DNA from: Octopus vulgaris
Lineage: Eukaryota
Assembly (NCBI GenBank): GCA_951406725.2
Contig: OX597817.1
Coordinates: 176,669,963 to 176,733,962, forward strand
Reading direction: 5' to 3'
DNA: 64,000 nucleotides
Shown piece after piece: positions 11,911-23,549 of the stretch. Numbering within the stretch: position 1 is the stretch's first letter; the number at the start of each line of letters is the position of its first letter. The notes under the pieces were generated by a model. It saw only the letters and a list, made by a program, of their open reading frames with translations. It searched no databases and was not told the origin of the DNA. The translations under genes and the position numbers were made by a program.

Positions 11911-12001
11911 TTTTAGCTGATGAGTACAGGACACGTTTATATGCTGTAATTTTTGCAACTTTTAATAAAGCCTGTCCTTGTATGAAACGATTGTACTAAA
12001 A
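11911..12001 (+). ncRNA. Type I hammerhead ribozyme (inverted pLTR copy)
   Basis: ttttag CTGATGA gtacaggaca...tgtccttgtat GAAAC gatt GTA ctaaaa read directly on plus strand. Confidence 0.9.
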
Positions 12002-12144
12002 ACCTATCCATTCTTGTTGCTTCTTTCTCGCTTATAATCACCCCACATTACTGTATTGTTAAAACAGTATAGTTTGTTTTGGTGCATCTAAGTTAGGTAC
12101 CTTATTCAAGTAAATTCATTTAAATTAAATTGAATATTTATTGC

Positions 12145-12193
<49 letters not shown>

Positions 12194-12239
12194 TCATATA
12201 TACATTCATACATACATATATATATATATACATATATAT

Positions 12240-12416
12240 ATATATGTATGAATGTATATATGTATGTATATATATATGTATATATATATATATACATATA
12301 TCACGTGATCACGTGACGGACAAGGCAACCAGATGCTGCTACACATCGCTGGTCACAATTCACTTCGCTTAGTTTTAGCCTCCAAATGACGCCACCCCGC
12401 TGGCTAAGCGAGCAGG

Positions 12417-12464
<48 letters not shown>

Positions 12465-12744
12465 AAGACATACATATATGTATCTGAATATAATACATGC
12501 ATACATACTAAGAGCCAACGTTACGACAGAAAACTTCGCCACTCATAAGAGGAAGAATTAGTTGTGGAACGTCCCAGTGATAATAATTGTGGTAATCAGA
12601 TGACCATCGGGTGTTAACATAAACCTCAAGATCAGCGAAAAACAAAATACCTACACTGTACATTTAAGAAACCTAGTCATGCATACGTATATAATACATA
12701 CATATATAATACACACACGTACATACATATATATGATCTAAGTT

Positions 12745-12745
<1 letters not shown>
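12240..12745 (-). repeat. Inverted duplication of unit sequence ~5428-5891
   Basis: 12301-12745 is the reverse complement of 5428-5891 with a few substitutions; not present in copies B or C. Confidence 0.92.
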
Positions 12746-12821
<76 letters not shown>

Positions 12822-12834
12822 ATATGTATATATG

Positions 12835-12867
<33 letters not shown>

Positions 12868-12900
12868 GTGTATGTATGTATGTATGTTTGCCATTTCAAT

Positions 12901-12947
12901 GGACTGAAGCAACGTGAAATAAAGTGTCTTGCTCAAGGACGCAACGC
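12901..12947 (-). mobile_element. SINE core fragment (copies ~29147-29191, ~44939-44985)
   Basis: Reverse complement matches the GAGCAAG-CACTTTATTTCACGTTGCT core of the complete SINE at 49078-49413. Confidence 0.75.
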
Positions 12948-13166
12948 TCGCTGTTATCACAGTACTTTTTAGGAGAAGTGCGTTCTGATGTAAAACCTGC
13001 TATTTCACATAATCATTGTTCATCTAGATTCGGTCTGCCACTAGGTTCTAGTCACAGAGTCTCAGAGTAGTACTCGTGTTGTACAACTGTCTATCACTAC
13101 ATTCCAATGACGCACAGATATCTCATTAACATGAACACATTTGTCATTTAATTTATTGAAGCTCCA

Positions 13167-13508
13167 AAGGCTGTGAGCTGGCAGAAACGTTAACACGCCG
13201 GGCTAAATGCTTAGCGTTATTGCGTCTGTCCTTGCGTTCTGAGTTCAAATTTGGCCGAGGACGACTTTGCTTTAACCCTTTCGGGGTAGATTAAATAAGT
13301 ACCAGTTGCGCACTGGGGTCGATGTAATCGATTTGATCCTTCTCTCTGTCCATGTTTGTCTCCACTGTGTTTAGCCCCGTGTGGGTAGTAAAGAAATAGG
13401 TATTTCGTCTGTCTTTGCGTTCTGAGTTCAAATTACGCCGAGGTTGACTTTGCCTTTCATCCTTTCAGGGTCGATATATTAAGCACCAGTTGCGTACTGG
13501 GGTCGAGC
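13167..13508 (+). mobile_element. SINE, internally dimeric (copy B ~29413-29752; monomeric in copy C ~45204-45362)
   Basis: GAGCTGGCAGAAACG head, box-B-like GAGTTCAAAT twice, repeated GCCGAGG-GACTTTGC...CCAGTTGCG-ACTGGGGTCGA body; resembles an abundant octopus SINE as recalled. Confidence 0.8.
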
Positions 13509-13744
13509 TACCTATCTATATCTGCCCTCTCCCAGGCGTCTGTACTTCAGTGGCAAGGACCTGGTATTTTGACAGGAGGATATCCAGTTTTGTTTCGAAG
13601 GCACTTAAACCCACCCCATGTTTGCCTCTCATGTAATAATATGACCCGATACCCTTTTTTTTTTACTGTTTTGCTATTTGCTATATTATACGTAAACTTA
13701 CCTCATACATACATACATACATACATTCATATATATATATATAT

Positions 13745-13784
<40 letters not shown>

Positions 13785-14249
13785 GTGTGTGTGTGTGTTT
13801 GTGTGTATTATATATGTATGTATGCATATATATATAAATATATCAATAAATATATACGTATTCAATGCATATTTGTATAAGCATACATACAATACACACG
13901 CACATACAGAAACACACACACATACACAAACAGACACACACATACACAAACAAACACACACACACACACATATATATATATACACACATACATATGTATA
14001 CATATATGACTATGTGTATGTATGTATGTATACAACCAGTTTTCTTTTATTTAAATTTCCAAGAAACGTTCCTCTCTTAAAAAGTCTTTTCATATAACCG
14101 TGTTAAGTCAAGTGCATCTGAAATTTGAAAGGCTAATTTCAATACTTACAAATATGTCCCACACCCATCCAAGTATTGAAACTGGCTATTGTGTTAGAAA
14201 ATTTGAATTCAGTAGATCACACAAAGATATACATATGTACCCTCAGGCA

Positions 14250-15200
14250 CACATACACATGTCTCCTGGGTGAGTGTGACCCAGATCGTAGTGTTATGAC
14301 AGACTTAGAATATTGGGGAGAAAAGGAGGAATGATGTATCTCTTTTTGTAGGATTTCAAATACATAGCATTCTAGCTGTGATGTAATGTATATACGGGTT
14401 CGATTGAGGTTAGTATTCCTGTCACTCTCTAGTTCTTGTGACCCTTATTCTTGAACCAGACGGATCACAGAGCTGAGAAACAACATGTATATTATCTAAA
14501 TAAACAAGGAATTGGGCAGAATATTTCTGCTCTTGTCTCACTGAGAAGACAGCATCAGTTGTATTTATTCTCACCATAAAAACAAAAATCACGTCTACAT
14601 TAATTTTCTCTTTCTAAGCAAATGAGATGTAATTCTTTTTGTAACCTTCATAACTTGCCCCAACAGTTTAACACCTCAAGCATTCTTCCTTTAATACGTT
14701 ACCTTTGCCTTTTATAGCAGTTGAAAATGGTATTACCACATCAGTCACTGGGTATAAGAATCTCCTATTCAAGTTGATTTACTTAGGGGCTGACTAACAC
14801 GCATCCCACTCTCATGAGTATTTCGTATCAGATACCTTCACTACCTTCATATCTTTAATCGCATTCTCCACTATACGCCTGTAAATTTGGATGGATGGCC
14901 CCCTCAACTGGGTTTACTTCCGATACACTCTTTATCCCCCTTCTATTCATTACATCCAACAAATTCTCATTATAACACGTCTGCTTTTCTTTCTTTACAT
15001 TTCATGAATAACAAGAGTATGATTATTATTCCGTACAGAATCTTCATCAATAATGTCTTTCATTTCTCTCCCAAACAATCTTGCCATTCAGAATATGCCA
15101 CACTTCTGATGTCTTAAAACAATGATAAACTTCTTACTCTGCTCATCTTCCTTTCTTTGATATAAATGTTGCGTTGTTTATTTTCTTGCAACTTGGTGTT
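14250..15200 (-). mobile_element. Ancient decayed RTE-like LINE RT fragment (copies ~30580-31005 partly deleted, ~46135-47040)
   Basis: Broken minus-strand peptides VEGPSIQI, VENAIKDMK, KGKGN and TTDAVFSVRQEQKY resemble RTE-clade RT (STTDAIFALRQLQEKY). Confidence 0.65.
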
Positions 15201-15345
15201 GCTTTTTGTGGTCCCCTTTTGCCAATATTTCCAAGCCGGTCCCTAACTTATGTGGCCCTTTCTATGCAGCTATTCCGCTACATATATAAATTACATATGT
15301 ATATGTGTTTGTGCGTGTTTGTATACATATATATACACATATATA

Positions 15346-15828
15346 CAGGACAGTGCTTATAGCACCAGGAAGACATCTCCTCCAGTTGGCTAATGACACA
15401 CTCTGTGTCCGATTAGTATTTGCAAGGGGGTTCATCGCTCCCATGTCTAACCTTACGTCATACACACTGATGCAAGTTTCTGGGTGATTACCTCCCCTCC
15501 CACCGAGCATGTATTAATCACTAGCAAGTGATGAAAGTTCATTCCACTCGCAAATTAATATATACCTTTCTAGCGACTCACAGTCGCTAATCTCATAAAA
15601 GAGAGAGATATGTTATTTTAAATTTAATATAACATATACAGATTTAATATAACATATCTCTCTCTTTTACGAGATCATCGACAGTGAGTTGCTAGAAAAG
15701 TATATAGTGATTTGGCTTCAGATGGGAGTGATGGCCTCCTTCGCATATTCTAATCGGGCACAGAATGTGTGTCGTTATTCAGCTGGAGATGTCTTTCTGG
15801 GGCTATAAAGAACAGTAGCACTGTCCTG
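15346..15828. mobile_element. MITE with long imperfect inverted repeats and TA target duplication (Tc1/mariner-like)
   Basis: TA|CAGGACAGTGC...GCACTGTCCTG|TA; inner arms also pair (AAAAGAGAGAGATATGTTAT / ATAACATATCTCTCTCTTTT). Confidence 0.85.
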
Positions 15829-15930
15829 TATAGCACGCCACATTCAGTTGGCAAATATAGTTTACAATTCCGTACTGCTACTGTTTATATGTCTCTCATA
15901 AATTTTATATAAGATATGTATGCATGCATG

Positions 15931-16019
<89 letters not shown>

Positions 16020-16789
16020 ATTTATGTATGTACTTGGTAAGGTGGACACCCTTCGTTTAACTCCCTGCAGGTCGAAAAGCAAACTATTTCAAAGGCCGGG
16101 TGATCACAGGAGAATCAACAGCCCTCCAATGGCTGGGAGTGCGATATAACTGCTTTTGTTGTGACATCTCTCTTTTGTAATACTTATGATGTAGAATAGT
16201 TGTTTGTTTGGCAGGAATGTATTGGCTGTTTGGGGAGGGAGTCGGAATTGCCATGTGCAAAGGTCCTCTCCTAATTTTCCTCAGACGCAGCCAAAACGCA
16301 CAGCCTTCGAACGACAAGGCACATAGCCTGCGATCGGCAAAACACAAAGTTGAAAATTTCATGAGAGAACAAAGGTATGAGTCAGGGAAGATGGTAAGTC
16401 TCTCAAAAACTGCAGCAGGAAGTCTCCTTCGTTAGTATGTCTTTGATTGCGCAAAAGTGTTTAGATCCCTAACAGGACTAAAAAATACACGTCCCTGCTT
16501 CGTTGAGTAAACAAATGTGGCATATTTCGGAATCAAGTTGCAACCATAACATGTGTGTGTTTGTTTATGTGTCATTGTATGCCTTTCTGTTTGGGTGTAT
16601 GTGTGTGTTTTTAGAGGACATGAATTACGTATTTAATTTTATTAAGCTCACTGCAGTTTCTAGTAGTTACAGTGCATGCAGAGATGAGTGCTTGGGAATA
16701 ACCTTATAGTTTCTTCGAAGCTTCTAAAACGATATATAAATATGCATATATGTGTTTGCTTAAGATTGTTTGAATGCGTCTGTGTGTAT

Positions 16790-17019
16790 GCAGTGGGGAC
16801 CCAAGATCTTTTTTGTTTCCAAAAAATTACTATGTTAGTCGGGAATCGCAATTTGTAACAAATGGACACATTTTCATGTATTCTATGTTGTAGCTGACCA
16901 GAAACATATAAAACAGTTTTGCTCTGAAAAATCTTGGTCGGGGCAATTTTTTGGTGTCGGATGTGCCAGAAAGGGTGTTACCCGGGCAACTAGGGCAACA
17001 CCCCTGCCTCAACCACTGG
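16790..17019. mobile_element. Possible short non-autonomous DNA transposon (CAGTGG...CCACTG termini); copies ~32525-32753 and ~48634-48862
   Basis: 6-bp terminal inverted repeat and GC-rich subterminal palindrome; no clear target-site duplication. Confidence 0.4.
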
Positions 17020-17647
17020 TATCTATGTAGACATGTAAGCTTGTTGCATTTATATGTGGATGGATGGACGTATGTATGCAGGTAAGCTTGATGTATGTAT
17101 GTATGTATGTATGTATGTATGTATGTATGTATGTATGTATGTATGTATGTATGTATGTATATATGTATGTATGTGTGTATGTATGTATGCATGTATGTAT
17201 GTAAGTATTATGAATGTGTACGCGTGTGTGATTTATTGTGTCATCACTATACAAAAAGGTAAACAATGCTAATTTCTTACAGAGAGAAAGTTGCGTAGAA
17301 ATATTTTGAGAAGAGGATTGTTGACTATTTTAGGACCAAAGCTTTGTTGTTTACTTCACTTGACTTAACATTTAGAACATACTTAAACAACCAGCCACTG
17401 TCTTGTGTGTCCCGACTACTACAATGTATCAGAATTTTAATGCAATGACATCGACGCAGTACTGCAATGTGGTGGTAAACAATCATCATCATCATCATCA
17501 TCAACCTCAGCTTTATATTATATATACGTATAAGTATATTATACATACATATGTATATGTGGGCGTATATATATATATATATATTAATAAATATAAAGGT
17601 AGCAAAAAATTCTAGAAAAAAATCTCCGCTACCAGCGGTTAAATATG

Positions 17648-17723
<76 letters not shown>

Positions 17724-17734
17724 TTATATTTATA

Positions 17735-17947
17735 TCACTTCAGTTGATCACTTGACCGACCAGTCCGTCAGGCGTCCACTTGACATCGCTGGTCACAGCA
17801 GGCTGTTAATTCCTCTTTGGATCGCGCCTTTCTCATCCACGTGATCCCAATCGCCATCCTGAAATCGTAACTCCACCGTCGTGAAGGTCTTCCGGGTGGT
17901 CTTTTCCGCTCGCGCGGGTACCACTCGGCAACTGCATGGGTCTACTG

Positions 17948-17948
<1 letters not shown>
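17735..17948. mobile_element. GC/CpG-rich ~210-bp (TA)n-embedded repeat (copies ~33380-33591, ~49863-50073)
   Basis: Flanked by (TA)n; imperfect termini TCAGTTGATC / GGTCTACTGA; one end homologous to the TCACGTGA repeat. Confidence 0.65.
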
Positions 17949-18011
<63 letters not shown>

Positions 18012-18029
18012 CATATATACATATAGACA

Positions 18030-18096
18030 TACAGATAGATAGATAAATAGATAGATATATAAGATAGATAGATAAGATAGGTATATATAAAGATAA

Positions 18097-18143
<47 letters not shown>

Positions 18144-18176
18144 TAGCTATATAGATCGATAAATAGATAGATAGAT

Positions 18177-18243
<67 letters not shown>

Positions 18244-18292
18244 GACTTACATAGATAGATAGATAGATAGATAGAGTGATAGACAGATAGAT
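18030..18292. repeat. (TAGA)n/(TA)n microsatellite (copies ~33675-34020, ~50790-50880)
   Basis: Directly visible. Confidence 0.95.
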
Positions 18293-19039
18293 ATAATATA
18301 TGTGTGTGTCCGTGTAATTAAGTGCATAGAAATAAATTTGCTAGCTATATGCTGAGAAAAAGATTTTGATGACGATCGTAACGAATATGATGAGCTGGAG
18401 GGGGATTGTGAAGATTATCATGATCAAGATGATGATCATTTGAATGAGGAAGATGAGCTATAAATTTTCCAGTGGAGTTGTTAAATGAACAAAATCCACG
18501 TGAATTCCACCTCATATTCTGGTGATGAACGTTTGGAGTATTATAATGTGAGAACGAAACCTCAGACCCCTTCTCAAATTAAGTTCGGTTCTCCAAAATA
18601 TCCGTTTGAACATTAGAATGAAAATTAAGAACTGGGTCTGGTAAGCCTAATGTGGTACAACTAACAACATGCAATCACAATATCAAATCTATTACCTGTA
18701 TGAATTGTTAAAGGAAATTTTAAAGTAGCTTCGTTAAAAGTTTTCAATGAATGTACTTTCAATCAGCTGATACAGTTCTACAGGGTATTTAAGCGCGTCA
18801 ACTGCATATAGCTATGCATAGCTTCGCCTCAGTTAAGATTGGCGAAACATCAATACCTGCAGATTCTTCTAGACATCTCATTCACTTACCATCATAACTA
18901 CGTAAAGTATATTTTTCTGCTGCCTTCGATAATGTTTCAAATACTTCACCTTTTCGATTCCCAGTTGGTAAATTTAAGGCTCTTCGAATATATAATAGTA
19001 ATGGAGGAAGATAAAATCTATCAGGCGAAGTTAGCTATA

Positions 19040-19950
19040 GTAAATATAGCCTCATATGCAGGTAACAATGATGAAATTTTATAAAGAGCCTCAAGTGTAA
19101 CAGTAGGAGATAGGGAAACCAAAAGACCAAAGGGGTTAAAGACCTTTTAAAAAAACGAAGTAAGATTATCTGACTGGCAAGAGAAGGCTTTGCACGGTAG
19201 ATTTACAAAGATAATCTCAGAAGAAAATAATAATGAGACAGCTGTGGATTCACAAAGCAAGACTGAAAAGGGAAACAAAAGTGTTGCTAGTAATAACACA
19301 AGGTTTGATATTGAGGACTATTTGGATAAAAGCCAGGATAGAAGAAAATCAGGCAGATTAACAAAGCAGGTTAAGTAAATCAAAGGGTAAAGAACTACTC
19401 ATGATAAGTTGTGTAGAATAATCCAGAGGAAGTTATGTAGATAGCTAGAAATTGACCATACAGATAAGTGTTATAAATATGAATCTAGTAAAGTGCTAGA
19501 AAATAAGAAAAAATATAAGACATAGTGGGATTTTATTATTCAGGCCGAGAGATTAATAGAAGCTACAAAGCCTCATTTGGAAGTAGTAGCCTAAGAGAAA
19601 GGAGAGTGTCAGGTAATTGACTTTAAAATCCCAAATGATGAGAAAATCAATATGGAAACTATACAGAAAATAGCAAAGTACCAGGGTCTAGCCATTCAGT
19701 TATAGAGGCTAGGAAATGTGTGGATAAAATGTATCCCTGTATCTATAAGTGCATTATGAATTATCCCTAAGGGCTTCACAAAGAAATAGAAAAACTAGGC
19801 GTAAAACCTACTTTAGTACAGCTCCAGGAAACCGTGTTATTAGGGACAGCTAGGATACTTAGGAAGGTTTTTCGCATATAAGGTTACTTGCTGTAGCCCG
19901 ATGTTAGGAACTTTTCTTGTTCCAGTCTAATCTGTTGTGCGTAGAGGAAA
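19040..19950 (+). mobile_element. Old decayed R4/Dong-like LINE 3' part (copies ~35160-36070, ~52020-52930)
   Basis: Broken peptides WQEKALHG, HDKLCRII, KIAKYQGLAIQL, LQETVLLGTARILRKV parallel the C-terminus of the element at 53471-58420. Confidence 0.75.
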
Positions 19951-20094
19951 TAATAATCCTTACTTGTAAATACAAATGGGCTGTTTTTTTTCCTAATTTT
20001 GGTGGTGGGGACTAGATGATTACATCGACTCCGATGTAATTTATCAACCCCGAAAGGATCAAATATAAAATCGATTACGCCGCTCTAATATTAA

Positions 20095-20185
<91 letters not shown>

Positions 20186-20491
20186 TCCAGAAAACCCAAA
20201 AATGGCAGAAATTCAAAAGATAGTGCTCATGGGAACTGCTTATATCCTACGCAAAATACTTTCTATGTAATCTCAAGGTTTAAAACAAACATAATTTCCA
20301 GTTTTAAAAAGAAAAAAAAAAGAAAAAAATTTTTTTTTAGACATTCATTAGTACAACACCAAAAAACTTCCCCCCAAATATATGGCACACTAGACATAAC
20401 AACAACATGAACTTCCAACCTGTTGTCTCTTGAGGTCTCTGGGTGAGACTTGGAGCCAACTTGTACAAATATAAAGCAAAAGTCAAACATA

Positions 20492-20533
<42 letters not shown>

Positions 20534-20586
20534 TGATAATAATAATAATAATAATGATGATGATAATAATAATAATGATGATGATG

Positions 20587-20650
<64 letters not shown>

Positions 20651-20672
20651 TGATGATAATAATAATAATAAT

Positions 20673-20742
<70 letters not shown>
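20095..20742. repeat. (TAA)n/(TGA)n microsatellite array interrupted by a LINE 3' tip (copies 36205-36817, 53067-53470)
   Basis: Directly visible. Confidence 0.97.
20183..20492 (+). mobile_element. 5'-truncated R4/Dong LINE 3' tip, family 1 (copy B 36288-36580)
   Basis: Closely matches 58110-58420 (KMAEIQKIVLMGTA...LSM* plus 3' UTR); sits inside (TAA)n. Confidence 0.9.
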
Positions 20743-20744
<2 letters not shown>

Positions 20745-20745
<1 letters not shown>

Positions 20746-21600
20746 TAACCCATCAGTGGCTACGGAGCTCAGGGCTAAAAGCAGAGAGCGAAGGTTTCAT
20801 CCTGGCTGCTCAAGATCAAAGCCTATTAACCCGGAACTACAAGGCCAATGTGATGAAAAATGGAGCAGACCCAAAATGCCGATTCTGCAACGACATGATT
20901 GAAACAGTGGACCATCTAATCTCTGGATGCAAAGTCTTAGCACCAGTGGAGTATAAATTAAGACATGACAGAGTTGGCCAATATCTACACTGGCTAATAA
21001 GTCGGCATTACAATATCAAAACTGCCGACAAGTGGTATAATCACCACCCTGAGGCTGTAACTGAAGGAGAAAATGTAACCATTCTGTGGGACTTTCCAGT
21101 ACATACAGACCGAACCATCAAGGCCAATAAACCAGATATTGTTGTGAAAGACCAAAACAATAAAGTTTGCTTATTGATCGACATGAGCATCCCCTGTGAT
21201 CATAATATCTCAGCGAAAGAGTTTGACAAGCAGAAAATATAAAGACCTACTCATTGAAATTGAGAAAATGTGGCATCTCAAGGCGGTTACAATACCAGTG
21301 ATCGTAGGAGCACTAGGAATGATCAAGAAGGGAACCGAAAATTATATGAGAATGATCCCTGGCTTACCATCCCTGCAAGAAGTGCAAAAGATCGTCTTAA
21401 CTGGTACATCACATGTATTGAGAAGAGCATTGTCGATGTGAGAACTGTTGCTGCTCATGTATTTTAATTTAACTTTAAAAAAAAAAAACTATTGAGTTTG
21501 GTTTAATGGCCTACTAATGTATACTATGAGTTTCTTTGCCCTAGGAGTCGGGAAGACACTCGGCAAGAAATGGAAGCAAATTTGAAAGAAGAAAAAAAAA
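20745..21600 (+). mobile_element. 5'-truncated R4/Dong LINE, family 2 (zinc knuckle + REL endonuclease)
   Basis: CRFC-x7-H-x4-C knuckle, RHD, KPDI, KYKDL, LRRALSM*; frameshift near 21230; in (TAA)n; only in copy A. Confidence 0.9.
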
Positions 21601-22271
21601 AGTAATGTTAATAATAATAATAATAATAATACTTTTAATGAAAATTAAGAAATGAAAGTAATGCATTCAAGTTAAAGCAGTCAGCCAGGATCTAACTTCT
21701 GTCAACCAACTTATGAATCATTTTTATGAGTCGCATACATTTTTAATTGCTTTTCTCAATCGATTTCACCTCTCACCACATCTCTTTTGACACAACGCCT
21801 TATATGCTTCTTTTCATGCATACATACATACAGACATACATACATGCATACATATATATATATATATATACATATATATATACATATATATATATTATAT
21901 GCACACACGCACACACACATATATACATATACATGTATAAATATATGTATGTATGTATGTATGACCATATATCTAGATCCCTTGGTTGCATCACAGGTGC
22001 CTACTGATGGAAAACCTGCTGTTTGACCTGATTAAAAGTCCTCTCTGTTCGGTCTGCCACTAGGTTCTAGTCACAGAGACTCAGAGTGGTACTGGTATTC
22101 TACAGGTGCCTCTCTCTATAATCAAATGATGCACAGTTATGTCTTTAAGATGACCACATTCGGCATTTCATCTGCTGAAGTTCCTACGGTGGTGGAAGAA
22201 TGGACGCGCAAGGTAGGCTACAACTTTCGTCTCTCACCTACGCTTCAAAGAAGGCAGATTGGCAGAGAGAC

Positions 22272-22982
22272 TAGGAATGGGATTTGCCCACTCTATAGAA
22301 ACAAGCCATGGAACACTATAGAAAGGACAAAATAGAAAATAGAGAAGGCCAACTCTTGGTATGATAGCCATAAATACCAGAGTGTCATGTTCGTTGACAC
22401 CACCCCTGGAGGTGAACTGGCGTACCGCTTTAGAAGGACCCTAGACAAACTTAAGCTAAGAATTAAGTTGTTGAAAAGCCAGGCTACCCTATCAAATCTA
22501 TAATTGGTAGAACCTATCCTTCTAGTAGAACCCCATGTACGGATAAGTAGTGTACTGTATGTAGATTTAGACCAAAAACAAACTGTAAAGCCAGAAATGT
22601 AGTCTATAGTATAAGATGTATAGAGGGAGGATGCAGTAACAAGACAACGATATACGTAGGGGAAATGGCAAGAAGCATAGGAGAGCGGATAAATGGCCAT
22701 TGGAGACAACTCAAGGAAGGTAAAAGCTCATCGATTCTGTACCAACACGCCGAACAGGAACACGGGGGATCAATCAATAACATAAAAATTAAAACATTGT
22801 CCACACATAGAACAGATGCAACAATTAAACAAATTACAGAAGCTACACACATAATAGAAAATAAACCTAGCCTGAATAGAAAACTAGAATAGAGCACTAA
22901 CACACACCACAACATATCACGATAGAGGATTCCGAAAACAATAAATATACAGATAAAAAGACAAATAGAAATAAATAACTAT

Positions 22983-23052
<70 letters not shown>

Positions 23053-23280
23053 ATTCGATTTATAATTATTATTATTAGTATTGTTGTTATACATACATAC
23101 ATACCAGCATATTTAATGATAATAATAAGTGGATGTAAACACATGAACAAAATAACAGCAAATATATAGTGCGTGTGTTTTTATTGGCTAAACTGGCAAT
23201 ATGACCATTCCGAAATATAACAATATCTGTTTCAACACACGACTTCACATAAAAATTCTTGCACATCAAATATTTAAACG

Positions 23281-23282
<2 letters not shown>
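22272..23282 (+). mobile_element. 3' remnant of the PLE seen more completely at 40670-43710
   Basis: Near-identical to 42417-43130 plus 43475-43710; GIY-YIG remnant IYVGEMARSIGERINGH. Confidence 0.88.
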
Positions 23283-23355
<73 letters not shown>

Positions 23356-23362
23356 TACATAC

Positions 23363-23418
<56 letters not shown>

Positions 23419-23549
23419 CATAGAGTCATACATATATACTTACATTATATATATATACATATATAATTTGAGAGAGAGAGGGAGAGATAGATAGATATGA
23501 ATATTTATGTTACCCTAGCAATATCACAAGAAGGCTGTTGTATTCGTTA

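Larger units (their letters stand above)
5921..12149 (-). mobile_element. Penelope-like element, Naiad-type, near intact, with direct pseudo-LTRs and an inverted 5' segment
   Basis: RT + GIY-YIG ORF; direct repeats 5921-7118 and 10520-11720; inverted copy 11718-12149 of ~10402-10834; inserted in (TA)n; absent from copies B and C. Confidence 0.93.
1400..23420 (+). repeat. Tandem segmental duplication, copy A
   Basis: Shared anchors recur in the same order three times: TAGAGTCATACATAT (1411/23421/43829), TGTTACCCT-GCAATATCACAAGAAGG (5061/23508/43915), MITE (15346/31072/47219), TAA array (20095/36205/53067). Confidence 0.93.

Noticed and set aside
16030-16550. Short ORFs conserved in all three copies (16084-16362, 16208-16435)
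   Set aside because: Conservation is explained by recent duplication; possibly an old LINE endonuclease remnant but too decayed to call
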